Shown here in pieces: positions 22,331 through 36,648 of a stretch of DNA of 64,000 bases. The notes below the pieces were generated by a model, which did no database searches, was not told the origin of the DNA, and saw nothing but the letters and a program-made list of their open reading frames with translations. The stretch spans positions 62,001 to 126,000 of the forward strand of contig MU619317.1 in the NCBI GenBank assembly GCA_025201805.1, written 5' to 3'. How positions within the stretch are numbered: the stretch's first letter is position 1; the number at the start of each line of letters is the position of its first letter. A program made the translations under genes and the position numbers. This DNA is from Parasitella parasitica NRRL 2501 (Eukaryota; Fungi; Mucoromycota).

Positions 22331-24962
22331 CTGAAAATATATTTTCATAGGAGGCAAAGTAATCTTGCATTCACTTAACATGATACCCTTTTAAATGAAA
22401 ACCGGACTCTTATATAGTCTTATAGAGGGTAATAGAACTCAAGCAAGTTTTAAACAAATTTCATATCACTCTAAACTTAAGAGAAAGATCGGTTTACTAA
22501 CTAAACATCTTAAACATGTGCTATACTTTCTCTGTAATAAAGTGAAAAGAAAAGAATGAAATAATACGTTCATTTTTGTTGAATGAAACTCTACAATGAA
22601 TTATTTCACCAGTAATAACAACCACTGAGAAGCTACGGCCAGTGTGGAGAAAAAGGGAGAGCGTATTTCTCATATAAATATCAACAAAGCATATTTTTTT
22701 TCCTGATAAATCTGTTTTTGTTTGATTTTATCATCGCTGCTGGAAGTAGTATTTTAACAATAGGCAGCTATTGAATGTGTCCTGTATAAACGTTTATCTT
22801 GGTAATAGTAAAGGTAAATCACTTCCCGAAAAAAAAAAGCCTTCCCAACAATATACACTTGGAACTTCAAGTTAGTATATATACTGTCAATGAAATACTA
22901 TCCTGATCTTATTTAAAAAAAGTCTAATTTTAGTTTGTTGGAATAAATATATTTCAATTGACGGTACGGCTTCTGGTATCTTTCCAATTGTTGAACCTGT
23001 TTGCATAGAGTACCTAAGCTGATTAGCACTACATATTATTTGCATCATGTATGAACAATAACCTAGCAGAGTTTTCGTCTAGTTGAGTCATTTAACTATT
23101 TGGCTTATTCCGATGTAGGGACATTTTGATGTGCAGGTCCTTAGTATAATCACTGCCCTTTTTATGTCTACACATCGAAAGAAACTTGCATATTAGCATT
23201 AAAATATTCAAATTCGTTAAAACATGCTAAATAGAAAAATAGGAAAACATTGAGTACGAAGCTCTTTGTTAGGTTCTCTTGAAAGGCTCATTATTAGGGG
23301 GTTATTTTTTTTTTCGCGGAATAATGAGATTATACGTTCCAAATGGTTAAAATAGCAGAAGCAAGTCCAGGAATTGATTGCTAGAACATATCATGATACT
23401 ACAATAACTGCAGAAGAGAATGCAAAGCACTTCGCTTTCGAACCTCAACTCAGCATTGGATCGTTTAAAACGAAGAATATGGGGCAAGTAAACAGCATTT
23501 TGTTTAATAAACTTATATACAGAAAATATTATTATCATGTAATATGTAAGTGATAGTTTCTGACCCTTACCTTTTATCTTCTGGAACCAAAAACTTCTGT
23601 ATGGTGATGCGATATTATCTATACAGTGTCGCAGATGGAAAACAAGAACGTTGGGTTCCAACATCTTAATCAAACTATTCAATCTTTCAAGTTTGTAACC
23701 TATTAACTTGATGAGGGTAAAATGGAAGCGGCAACTTTATTAGGTTTTTAATTGTCTGGATGCAGCTTTTTAAACGATTTATCAATAAAAGATCTGATAA
23801 CCAGCACAACTATTATTGGTTGCCCAGAGTTAAATCCAAAAAAAAAAAAAATAAGGTTGTTTTATATTAAACGTTACATCACAGATATCATCAGGGAAAT
23901 ATAGAAAGAAATCAAGTTTGAAGCGATGAATAAGGCATAATCGTTCACATCTCTAATTCTGCGGTTTCATTGTTTACGCCGGTTGTTTTGAATGGTGTAA
24001 TTGTTGGTTGATTATGCTCTGTCCGTCACTTGAAAAAAACATTGTCCATGTCTGAACTTTATGTGCTACGGAAGGAAGGGCCTGGGGCGGAAAATTGGAC
24101 TGTAATTGAAACATTTGGTTGCAAAATAATGGCCCTCACATGGCTAGATCTATATTTGGTGTATTTTACAGTACCCCTGTACAGAGTATAGACGGCATTT
24201 TTTTATCGCATTTTACATTTTCAACAGAGAATGGGGCCAAGAGACTTTCTGAAAAGCTTTATTGTTTTGCTCGATATTGCTATTAAATAGGTGGATATCT
24301 CTTTGTTTTCAGACCAGGTTTTTATTTTTATGTTTCCTTATATTTAACGTTTTGTTTATTTCTTTATGTACCATGCAGAATCCTGAGAGATTTTTGATTT
24401 AATCAGCATCAAATCATCATATAACTTGCAGTAGACGATAGACTACCGATTAAAAAGTTTGAAAAGGGGCTTTATCGGCTATGTATATGTGCATACCAGC
24501 TTGCAATGTGATCACTGCATTTTTTATACCTCAATTGTAAAGTGCTTTATACGATCTAGTCTTTATGTGCAATGTATAGATTCTCTAGTTACGATATACT
24601 CCGTATAGAAAGATCTGATAATCAAATTTCATGTGCAACTGTAAACAAATAAGAGCAAAATGTGTATGGGGGTGTGGCAATTTTGGATGTAGAAAGTTAT
24701 CTGATCTAAAAAGTTTTAACGTTGATTCGCCAATCTCCAAAGTAGGCGACAAAATATTTGTTGGTTGGCGGAGAAATCAATCTGATAAGATGGAATTTTA
24801 CCATGATTATCCGAAAAAAAAAAGACAAAGAGGTATAAATAATGGTGCTTTGTTGTGCTATAATTTTTGCTCTTTTTCCCCTTCTTTACTTTCTTGTTTA
24901 AACTATCTTCTTTCTTTTTCCTTTTTTTGTTTTTGCTTTGTTATTGCCAAATCGTTTTTAAC

Positions 24963-27900
24963 ATGCTCATTAACCAATGCACAGCAACTAATCCAATGGC
25001 CATTAACACTTCCAAATCAACTTTGAGAACAAATAACTCAACAAACTCAGACTGTCAAGCTTCAATAAAAAGCTCCAACATTAGCCAAGATATCAATAAA
25101 AGTGCAGCTTTGCCTGCTAGTTCTCAGACCAAGAAGCAATCAAATGCTACCGATGGCACTAAGAATCTTGAAGATGAGCAAGATAAGCCTTTGTTGACAC
25201 CTCCCAGCTCGCCCGAAACTGAACCTCGTGGTTCTAAATTGAATCAAAATATTACCTCTGCTAGCTTGCATCATAAATCATCGACCTATGAATATAATAA
25301 TCGCATTTTAGCCGCAAAAAGAAAAGGTGAACTTCGAACTGTCATGCTAGAGTACAACTCTATGAAGACAAAGTCTGTAAAGATCACTCTTCATACATAC
25401 AATCTTGTCATTGAAGCACATGCTATTCTACGTCATGAAAGAACCCCTTTGACTAAAATGCTGAAAAGTAAGCCTTGTATATACGCTATTGAAATTTCTT
25501 CAAGCTAACCTTGAGTAGTTTACAATGAGATGATACAAGCACAAATACAACCAAATGCTTACACATACACTCTAATGATCCGCAGTCTCTGTAAGCGAGA
25601 TGTAGAAGTACAAAAGACTGTTGCTATGCTGAAACGTCAATCAGCTCGTGGAGGGAATCAGACCGAAGATATCAGTCTTTTAGAAGCTGAAGGGAACCTC
25701 AAAAAAGCATTAGCCATATTCCACTGCGCTGTCGCTGATAGTGTCTCTGTAAATACTTTTGACGTGGAAATCTTCAATCAATTGCTTCGCGTCTTGTCCC
25801 ACTATGGCTCTACTTCAGATGCTACCTTTGTCTATGGTCAATTGGAACAACCTGCTGTTCAGGCTAAACCCAACTCTGCTACATATGCTGCTTTGATAAA
25901 CCTGTTTGGCCGTGCAGGTGACATTGATACGGCTCTTTATTACTACAGTGCATATACTCAAGTGAAAGAGACCCTGGGACCTCATGATACCTCCTACATA
26001 TTTAATGCTTTGGTTGATTGTCACTTGAAATGCGGCCGTCTCGATGGCGCCCTCCATGTTGTTGAGCACGAGATGGTTGAAAATGGCATCAAACTAACAA
26101 GCATCCCGTACAACTCCATTATTCGTCATTACTGCAACCACGGCCAGATGTCTGAAGCTGAAGCTTTAGTTGATCGTCTCATTCAAGGCCACCAAAAAGA
26201 TAGTGATAAATGTCCTTGTCCTGATGCCAGCAGCTATGGACCTATCCTCTCAGCCTACTGTAAAGCAGACGCATGGGAAGCAGCATCTCGTATCTACGAC
26301 GCTTTAAGAAACACAGACATTTCCAAAGCTTATGGCAATTTGGCAAACTATGCTCTTCTATGTGTCACACATCAAGATCTCAAAAGGGCTCTTTGTGTGA
26401 TTGAAGACATGAGGAAAGCCGACTTGGAACCTGACCCCACTCTTACTGAACGTATCATTACTAGCTTTGCTCAAGCTGATCAAATCGAACAAGCTGTTGA
26501 TGCTTTGAATACCCTGCAACAAATAATGTGTCCACGCTCCCTTACCAGAGGCTTTTATCAAATCATGAATGGCGCTCTTGAAGTTGTATCGCACTGCATC
26601 TCCGTCCATCAAGTGCTCGCAGTGATGCAGGCTGTCATTCCACTAATAAATATACACAGAAATAGCAGTAATCGCAGCAAGAGCCCATCTCCGTCAGCTT
26701 ACGAAATCATGTCCCAGACACTTGTAGAATTATACGTTAGCCAGGCCAAACATTCGCAACAGCTGCTTACTGCTGGCGAATTCCAGATACTTTTTGACGC
26801 TGCTTTCATTGTCTATAATAACAAAGAACCTGGCTCTCTTTGTGATTTTGCCATGCAGGCCACCCAAGACATGTGTGCTAGCAATGTTATTCTACCGTCC
26901 AACATTTATAATAGCGTACTGGCTCAGCTGAAGCGCGATGGAGATTTGAAATCTGTATCTCAGTGGAAAAGCGCGTTCGATCCTCAACCTTCAGTAGCTA
27001 CCAGCAAAGTTCTTGCTGTCTCTCGCCTTGCTCAAGATAAAGAAGACGATATCATCATCGAAATTGCGCAAGAAACTGACCAAGAACAAGCCCATGAGCG
27101 TGCAAGTGCTGCTACTCTGGCTGTCGTGGCTGAAACTCCTGCATCTGTTACTGCAATAATTTCTAATGAAGTTTTGAAGGCTGTTGATAATAACAAGTGT
27201 CATGACGCTATCAGTATTTTTGAAAAGAACATCATTCAAGCCGGCTTGATTCCTATCCCTGAAACCATGCGGGACGTGATCGCACTAGCTGGAAAGAAAG
27301 GAGACATTGGCACAGCTTTGACAATGTACAACAAGTCAATCTATGCTTTCAAAGACATTGCTGACGTCCAGATTAAAGACAGAGCAATCTACATGGTCAC
27401 AAACAGTCTACTTGTTGGCTATGCTCAAAAAGGCGATATGGAGGAAGCAAAGGTGTACTACGACCGCATTAAAGCTATGGGCTTTTATCCTGATAGCAAT
27501 GGCTATGCGAGCCTCTTGCTGGGCAGTGCAAAGTGTGGGACTGACGAAGCTACAGATGCTCTGGCGATATACAACGAAGCCAAGAGCCACAATGTCCAAC
27601 CGACCACTTTCTTTTATAATGTCATCATTTCCAAACTGGCTAAAGCCCGTAAGCTTGACTCTGCTTTGAGCCTTTTCGATGAAATGCGCAAGTATAATGT
27701 TCCTGCCAATTCCATTACTTATGGTGCTATTATCTCTGCTTGCGTTCGTTCTGGGTCAGAAAGCCAATCTCGACGCCTCTTTAGTGAAATGCAGTCATCT
27801 CCTTCCTATCAACCTCGAGTTGGACCCTTCAACAATATGATGCAATTCTACGTGCATCAAAATCCTAATCGTGAGCATGTTTTGGAGTACTTTTCTGAAT

Positions 27901-28529
27901 TGCGTCGTCTTCATATCAAGCCATCTCCTCACACCTATAAACTGCTGATGGAAGCTTATGCCAACATCCCGCCCTACAATATGCCAATGGCTCATAAACT
28001 GCTCAGTGACATGGAACGTCTTGATCACATCCGACCTCAGGCTACACATTATGCTACTCTCATCTATTCTTACGGCATTGTCAAGCGAGACGTTCAAAGC
28101 GCCGAGCGCGTATTTTCGGAAATGAAGAAGTCGAAAATTCATCCAGATGAAGCTGTTTACCAAGCTATGATCGACACTCTGATCAGTAATAATGCACTGG
28201 AGAGAGCAGAAGAATTCTATCATCAAGAAATGCAAAAAGATACCCAGCTAAAGAAGAGCGGATTGCCCTATATTGAAAACCTTCTTATCCGTGGATATGG
28301 TGAGAAATGCCAGCTTGACAAAGCAGAAAAGATTTTCAAAGGAATGTCTGACCACAAGGGCCGCAGTAATATCTGTGTTGTTCGTGAACCAAGCACTTAT
28401 GAAGCAATGATTGTTGCCTACAAAGATAACGGCAAGATGGACAAGGCCCAGGACATCTTAAATCAAATGCGCAAGCGTGATTTTCCTTCTAAAGTTATCG
28501 AGGCTGTTGCTAGTTTGCTTTCAAAGTAG
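24963..28529 (+). CDS. Large pentatricopeptide repeat (PPR) protein, probably an organellar RNA-binding factor
   Basis: Many 35-aa repeats (PNAYTYTLMIRSLCK, PNSATYAALINLFGRAG, PTTFFYNVIISKLAKARK, ANSITYGAIISACVRSG, PSTYEAMIVAY). One intron near 25468. Confidence 0.93.
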
Positions 28530-28664
28530 TTGTTTACACATGTCCTTTAAATAAATTATAAAAGTACAAAGAAAATGCTCTTATTTCATAAAATCATGTA
28601 ATCAAGATGTTGGCCTTTCTTGTGACATTGCCATTTATTGTACATATCACACCATTTATGCAGA

Positions 28665-31600
28665 TTACGTCGTGTGTTGATTCTGCAATGTTAGTCTTTC
28701 GTTTATTTTGAAAGTTCCTTTATAACTCTGTTCGTAATTCCGTTCATATCGGTCTCTGCCTGACGAAAACTCTATTGAAGAAAATTCAAACTTGATGGTT
28801 GCGTTGTTACTATCTGGAATGATACGGATCGTTAGAGGAAACTCATGATTTTCAAACAAAGGCGAGATCGATGCAACACGGTGGTGATAATAAGATTTTG
28901 TTTCATTGTGATAGTCTTGTTCGTCGGGAGAAGAGTCCAGTGTGTATATTTCTTTTAATACGTCTTAAAATGAGTCGAGAAAAATACAATAATTTATACA
29001 TGTAAATAGCTCATACTTATCTTGTTTATCGGCCCATTGCGAGTGATGAACGTCTTGTACATTCCGTCTTGATCCAGTATTTCTCCTCTACTCAAAAGCA
29101 CAAAATAAGCGACGACATCTGATTTTTCAGTAATTTGTTGGTAAGGTTTTTGACATGAATGCCCATTATATTCATATATTTGGCGCAGTTCATTGTACAT
29201 TATGAATTTGATGATATACGTTGTGCTGGATATCTGGTCATATTTGCCACTCTTGAGGACTTGCTTGATGTCCATTTCCCAGTTCCCCGTAAGCAGGCAT
29301 ACTTTCTTCAGCTCTGCGGATCCAAAAAATAAATTGAGCCCCTTTTGATATTTCCTCAGAAATGTGTAGACTTTTTCTCGGGTCAGTTTGTTACAATAAT
29401 GCTGATACAACGAATCATTCGTTTCGCAAATTCCCGTAATAATCAAAGAAGTGATATGGAACCGTCCAAACAAGTCATTGTCTACAAGGCTAGATGCTAC
29501 CATTGTGGCAAAGTTCGTGATCGCAGGTTTCAACCCAATTTCCAATATCATCTGGTGCGACAATTGTATAGTACAGCCACAGTTACTATTGATTGGGATT
29601 GTCTGAAATATGGCAGTATCAGGCTCTGAGGCCGTATTCCGATTGCTCATCTAATATTCATAAGCAACTGTATCAGCCTATACGCCTATGCTAGTGAATC
29701 TGTTAAAGAATATTTACCAGTGTCTTTACTAACTGTGCCAGGCTGTGGAAGAAATGGTCGTATCTGACCTTGGTTAGCCCATCTTCGAATTGATGTCGGC
29801 CACATTTCTGGAAAAGAACGCTATAATACTCGTCATCGTTGGATGCAAGGGCCTGCATATGGTTTAATAGATGATCACAAGCAGAATCAGCAATGTTATC
29901 CAGAGAAATCGTTCTTGTTTTAACAGTAAACGTCGACTTTTTGCTGGCACCGTTAACTGCCGATGTTTCTATGACCTTGTTTAGCACATAATGTATTGAG
30001 CCCGCCGCAACATGTACATGTATATAGAATGAGTTGGGTGGAAGAAGGTCATTGTTTGGATTTTGTATTTGTAAGGAGTTGTTGCTTTTGCCAAGTACAT
30101 CATTGTCCAATATCAATGGTGCCTGGAAAGAATTTACAATCTCAATCATAGTAAAGGGCTTTCGCATCGCACCTATCGAGATATCTCTGCCGCCCAGAAC
30201 ATGATAGTGGAAATCATTCTGAGCCTCGACTACACCAGCGTTAACAAGAAAATCACGTATAAGTTGCTTATAAAACGTCTGATTCCCTTCCTTTTGCAAT
30301 GCATTGGCACCGTCATATAAGATTACCTCGTGTATGCCATCAGGCGCATCCTTGACTGGATTGAACTTGTGGAACATTTCCAAGACTAGATTGCATATAT
30401 CCGTCAAAAGCAGTTCAATCTGCGGGATACCACAAATTTCAGCTATTATATTGTTGAGATTTAGATCTTTCAAGCACGGCTTTTCTGTCAAAAAAATGGC
30501 AACATCAGTCAAAGCAAGACTGCCCCTTTTGTTTTTCCACTAGTGAAACCGATGAATGTGTGAACTAGACCGTCTCTGTTTCTTTGACCTTGGACTTACA
30601 ATGTGTTGGTAAATGGCAGGCAATTGGCTTATAATCTCTTCACTGAGTAAGGAGATAATTTCTTTATCGCAAGTGCCAAACAATTCCCTTGCTTTGTGTG
30701 CGATAATATCATAAACATGATGAACTGCCTCGCTAATCTTGCCCTTGTAACTGGAGATATGGTCTCTCGTTGTGCCAATATCGTATTCCTTTATTCCTGT
30801 TGCGGCGATATAATCATGCGGTTTACCAGCAATGACCTGCTGAATCATATCCTTGAAATCGGGGAGGTCGATCCTTTCCGCCTGCAAAACAGTCGGAGTG
30901 AGTAGAAGCTCTCCTGTTGCTAGTTTGCTCGACACTGCACTCAACTCCTTTGCGTTTTGCATTTGGAAGCAAGTGAGATTTAATATGGTGCCTCCCGTTT
31001 CGTTGTTGGGCGTCAAGCTGTAAAGCAAATACTTTCTTTCTCTTTTAAAATCTCGTCGATATTTAGTGTTTGTCGTATTCCTCAAAAAGTTGACATAACA
31101 ATCAAGAAACGGCATACATATTAAGCGGTTTTTATGATCTCCTGGGGCAACCAAACCAGCTTCTGAAAACAGTAAACACAACAAGTCTTTGTACTGCTCA
31201 TCATCGCACCATACATTGGGGATGATGAAGATAGTTTGGCATTTATCGAGGCTGACTTCTTCATATTGCGTTAATTCGTGCGCCATGCCTTTGAAGAAAC
31301 CGACGATTTTGCAGAGAGTGGAGATATCCTCTTCCGTTCGCTGGTTTTTTTCTTTTGCTTGCAACTCAAAATATTTTGGGAATACATCTTTGACATACAG
31401 ATTCGACTCGTCTATTGCAAAGTGGCTTGGGTACTATACGAGTTGGATAATATTAATCACAACACAGTGCAAATCTTTTTGAAACAAACATTGCGAATAT
31501 TTTCCACGTTGATAACACGGTTAAGTCCTCGATACAGCTGTATGGCTCCCTCTATAATGTCTATTGCGGATTTGCGCAAAAAAAAAAAAAAGAAAGAAAA

Positions 31601-31750
31601 GTCGAGGGCAGCCAAAAAGTGGTCTTTCAGGGGAATGGTTTGAAACAAATTGCCAAATGTCAAGACCCTTAATTGCACAACTTTGATTGTTACGAGGGTT
31701 AGAACCAACAGCAGCTTGCGTGGATTTTTCAGTTTGCGCACCATCACATT
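28665..31750 (-). CDS. Large lineage-specific hypothetical protein, possibly a degenerate actin-like/Hsp70 (HSPA12-type) fold; 5' end uncertain
   Basis: Consecutive long ORFs (30540..31364, 29703..30512, 28994..29650, 28665..28859) can be joined by GT-AG introns. FLAALDFS, TIFIIPNVW...LFSEAGL and SLIITG are weak echoes of Hsp70-like motifs. Confidence 0.55.
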
Positions 31751-32473
31751 ATAGAGCTATGATTACTCATCAGATTCTATTCAACCAACAAATTGTACTG
31801 CTAGTCGATCAACTTGGAGGGGCACAGATTTGATGTCGGATGAAATGAAAGTTTTATCTTTTCTGAACAATTATTGCTCGCGAATCAGCAGTGTCTATTT
31901 TCATCTAAAGCGTATTAATTACTATAAATTACATGTAATAGATAGTATATTTGATATAGTACTAAATGGCATCTCAATATAGCTAATCATATAGCAGTGT
32001 AAATGAACATAGTTCGCACATTGATATTGGTATTAGTGGGCACAAGCAAATAGTATTTGTATTTGACTTTGATATGTTGTAGGCTGATTTCAAAAGACCA
32101 AACCCAAAATAGACAAGATATAATAATCATTGATATTTACGAATCAGTGTCTGCAGCGTTGCTGATCAGAATATTTTACTCCTTGAAGCAGGATAAAATA
32201 CAAGCATTGTGTGCAGCAGAACAGTGTTTCTGCAGCGCACCAACAGAGAAAAGTTGTAAGAGCACGGTCATGTAGACAGGATGTGTGCTGGATTATTGAC
32301 GAAATGGTCATAGGGCAGGGACAACGTTTCAAATGCATCTAATGGCAAATAGTCATAACAGGTACACATCTTGATTCATCATCATTACGAAATGACTCCG
32401 CAATGGATTTTTGGTTAAAATGGTCCTGAACGATCGAGTAAAGTTTCTTTTTTATCTATAATTTTATACTATT

Positions 32474-33620
32474 ATGTCCAAATCATTACAGGCGAAAACC
32501 TTGGGTAATGGCGCGATGTGTGATTGTGGAATAAGTATAGCAGCTAATTTATACCTTTTTTTTTTTATAGTCGAATCACTGTTAAAGATTCCCACTGTTC
32601 GTATCAAAAATATTCCTGGTACCACAGACAAATTACAGAAAATCATTCAGGGTGGTCGAAGGAACCTCCATTTTATTAGTGGTGAATATCAGCGTTACTA
32701 GTCAAACAGAAAGACATTGTACTCACACAGTTGCAGATTTCGACATGACCATGTCGCGTCATTGGATTCGCAACAAAGAAACAGACGCTCTAGAACGCAA
32801 TTCGTCATCTCATGGCATTCCTGCCCGCTCCGATATCATGTCGCCCGAGGTGGGTAGTAATTTGCCACACTGTTCGTTTAAATACATGTGACTGATGTGA
32901 TGATGTTATATAGTATAAGAAAGAGACAGCCCGCATCTACAATACGTACTATCCTATAGAGATTGATCACACCATGACCCATGAGGAAAAGGTGCCTTAT
33001 ATGATGAAATGGTGGATCGAAGCACATGCAAGCTTGATCAAACAAAACCTTTCAAAGCATGGTAAACTAGTGTTTGGTTAGTAATGGAGTAAGTTGATTG
33101 CTTACACCAGAAACTAGATCTGGCCCAAATGGCAGCACAAGTGAATTTGGAGATGAGATCAGGGATCAAGGATGTTTTGGCTAGTTGCAAGGAAAGCCAA
33201 GTGCCATTTCTTGTGTTCTCTGCTGGTATTGGTAACATTATCGAAGAGATTCTCAAACAAGCGAATTTATTCCATGACAACATGCACATTGTATCTAATA
33301 TGATGGTGTTTGACGATAAAGATATCTGCGTTGACTTTAAAGAACCGTTAATTCATGTATTCAACAAATCCGAGTTCCAGTTAGAGACATCACCTTACCA
33401 CCAAATGATTGAAGAAAGAACGAACGTCATTTTGATGGGAGACAGCTTGGGCGATCTTCAAATGAGTCAAGGTGTGCAGCACGCTTTGTGCTTCAATATC
33501 GGATTTTTAAATCACGATTTCAAAGAGCTGGAAGCCGCTTATACAGAAGCGTTTGATTTAGTCATAGAGGGAGATGCTAACATGGCACCGGTCATAGAGA
33601 TTTTAAAGAGCATAAAATAA
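32474..33620 (+). CDS. Pyrimidine 5'-nucleotidase / cytosolic 5'-nucleotidase III (UMPH-1 family, HAD)
   Basis: FISDFDMTMS (spliced), YYPIEID...EEKVPYMMKWW, LVFSAGIG, EPLIHVFNK, NVILMGDSLGDLQM and IGFLN. Confidence 0.93.
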
Positions 33621-34001
33621 AAGAAATACAGGGTTTATTTTGATGGTGTTGTTGATGTTTCTTTTTTTATGTCTGTGAATGTCTGTGAGTGTGCGTCGCA
33701 TGTTTGTTTGTTTGCGTGCGTTTAATAGTAGTAGTTGTTTTGATTCAGGAAGAATGAAGCTACGAAATCAAGCAAAAATTCCTCGTTTTTAAGCGTACAG
33801 GCTAGGACAAGACAGCTCTGATGTGTTTGTCAGTCATTTTTCCTTGGTGTTTATGCCAACAACAACCCATTTGACTGACTACATGATGCTTCCTCTATCT
33901 ATATCGATGCCAATGCAATCTGCATAACAGACCAAAACCAACTAAAAAAAAAAAAAAATAGTCAGTGTAACTGGAGTGCAATGGTTTATTGAATTTTTTG
34001 A

Positions 34002-35869
34002 TTAAACGACAAAGTTATCAAGGCCCAGACTACAAAGCTCAAAAGAAGCCTTGAGATCTTGCTTAAATCCAATTCGAATCGATTTGAACGCTTCTTTCGC
34101 AGTGCATTCAAAATCGAATTCGATACGATGATCCAAGGGATTCGCGGATGTCAATTTGACCTCGCATTCTTCCCATGAACCAAACAGTACTCGTTGCACT
34201 GTCACTTTGAATACTTGATCCAACGGTGTATCAAACTTGGTTGGCGTATACATGGTGATCCTCTTGGCTTGGATATCTCCTACCATATATAACCCAAAGT
34301 AGTCATCTGTGAGGGGGGCTATCGACAGGTTTATATGAGTAAGTTCTTGGTGCGATTTATGCATATTTTACCTCGCTGGGTCTTCCAACATGTTTTTATG
34401 TCCTGATCCACTGCTTTATGATAAGATTGATGGGTAAAACTGGACTTTGTGGGCATCATACTGTGTTCATTTATTTGATTGTACATGGATTCAAATTGGC
34501 TGATATTTGCGATAGATTTTGTGCTGAATACAATATCATTTTCTCTGCCTGGAACAGGCACGCTATTAATATTTGAGATAAACAGGCATTTGTCGTTTGC
34601 ACAACTCGACCTTTACCGAATTTTCATATTTAATAACGATTGTCACTAGACTGTATACCCAATTACCTAACATCTCTTTCTTCGATAGGTGGCCCAATCT
34701 CTCCCTTTTCAAAATAGTCGTTATTCTCTCTCCTTGAAGTGGCGTTTGTCAGCGAATTTTCCAAAATTGAAATAGCATCATACTAAATCTGTCATCAGCA
34801 TTCCAATTTTCAGCAAACTAGGCCATCTATATATAAATACCATGTAATGCTCTACCAATGCTCTGTTGTTCACTGTATCTGTGTTTTTAAATCCATCTCT
34901 TCCAGACGATAATAATGGATTGGATACAAGATATGGATATTGATTTAACCATATTGAAAAATAGAATTCAGCGAGTCCAAGTTTCGATGCGCTCAAACCT
35001 TGAATGCTCAACTGGCTTAAGAAATTTTGCGCTTTATGCTGGGAAATAAAGGCGCCATAACGTAGATCTGCATAGCCAGTATGAACAGAGATTTCTGCAT
35101 GATTAAAGAATAATAAATTTCATCTATCAATACAATGCAGCGTGCATCCATACATACCTTTGTTGGTAAATCTCCAACTCATGTAATCTATATAATTGAC
35201 CGGCCTTGTATTGGCAATCAAGTGATCTGGATATCGAAATGAATGAGTGTACAAACTATCCAAGTACGGATTTAGCCATAAATCATCCTGAAAGTAACAT
35301 TTTCCATAACTTGCGACCGCACAAGCAACAAATTTCCCCATTCCATACATGGAATCATCTGCTTCTATAACTCGGATAGAAATATGGTCGTTGATCGATG
35401 TCTTGTTGTGGTATAGTTGCTAAGTTAATTCACTTGAGTAACCATAGTAATATTTATTTAAGCACCTTGTTATTTCTACCTTCAATGGCCTTGATTTGAC
35501 TTGATTATATATGAGTATTTCCTTGATGAAAGGATATTTGACTAGATGATTGATTGCATGAATAATGCCATCGTCGCTATTATCAACACGATTGACAATT
35601 GCTGTGGCTGGTGGATATTGTCTAGGATTTGATTTCGAAAACAATGCTGCTTTGAATATACTAGGTTGACTTAAAACAGGTTCATTTTCCAATGTTTGAA
35701 TCGACCAAGTCGGGGGATCTATTTCCTTTTGCGAAAATACAATACTTGGTGCATGCGACTCTTTAGCTGTGAGTTTTTTTAACGAGTCGAATTGACTCCA
35801 TGTTAAAACGATAAGAGTGAAAATAACCACATGTGTGATTAATCTTTTTAATAGTATAGGATTGATCAT
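34002..35869 (-). CDS. Type II membrane protein with a GT-A-like (GT64/GT2-like) region, function unknown
   Basis: N-terminal signal anchor (LITHVVIFTLIVLTW), LVKYPFIKEILIYNQ, and GKFVACAVASYGKCYFQDDLW (acidic DD motif after a hydrophobic strand). Multiple GT-AG introns. Confidence 0.6.
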
Positions 35870-36648
35870 TTTTGGGATACAAATGTACAGTAGTATATCA
35901 AACAGAGAAAAATGAGAAAAACTTTGTACCCACGAACAATAATTGTAAAAACAAGTGCCCAATTGCTAAATTAGGGTCTGATTGGGTTGTGCAGTGCTTC
36001 CACTGCCATTTGGAGATTCAATTGGTCATTTTGTGAACTTTTATTTGGTCATTTTTTAAAAGTTTATAAGGGCATTTTATTTTGACACTTTTCAAAGTGA
36101 TTTACTGAATGATGAATAATGTTTCCAAGATGAACAATTGGTACAGCTTCACTAGCCTCAATTATTCTAGCAGTGAGTTTTACTAAGCTTGGTTCTGGTG
36201 AGATTAAATAGATTCTTCAATCTGTTCTTGAAATAAATCATCTTTTATCCTGCTATTCTACGGTCATACACATTTAAACATTTCAAGGTCAAGGTGCCAG
36301 CTAGAGCACTTGCCAAAGACGAAAGAGAAGAAAGTAGTAAACCATGGTCCTGATGAACCATGTTTAAACATGCCGAAGCAATCTAGGGATCCGTGTCTAT
36401 GACACATCGCCAATGATATTTCCAAAGTGTACTGTGAGCAGTTCCAAGAGCCACCAGAACCTCGTCATTGAGCATTGCCAAATCTTGAGATTCCAATGCC
36501 TAGTTATTAGTTATGTACAAGCAGATTTTGTCCAGTACAGCCTTTTTTTGTTCACGTGTATTTAGACACTAGGAAAAGTCTTTATACAAACATACGGATA
36601 AATCAAATACTAATATTACAGATCTAATAATTTTACACGCCAAAAACT

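Noticed and set aside
36334-36382. Hammerhead ribozyme-like CTGATGA...stem...CGAAG
   Set aside because: GAAA is GAAG, the G-C pair closing stem II is absent, and stems I and III do not form.
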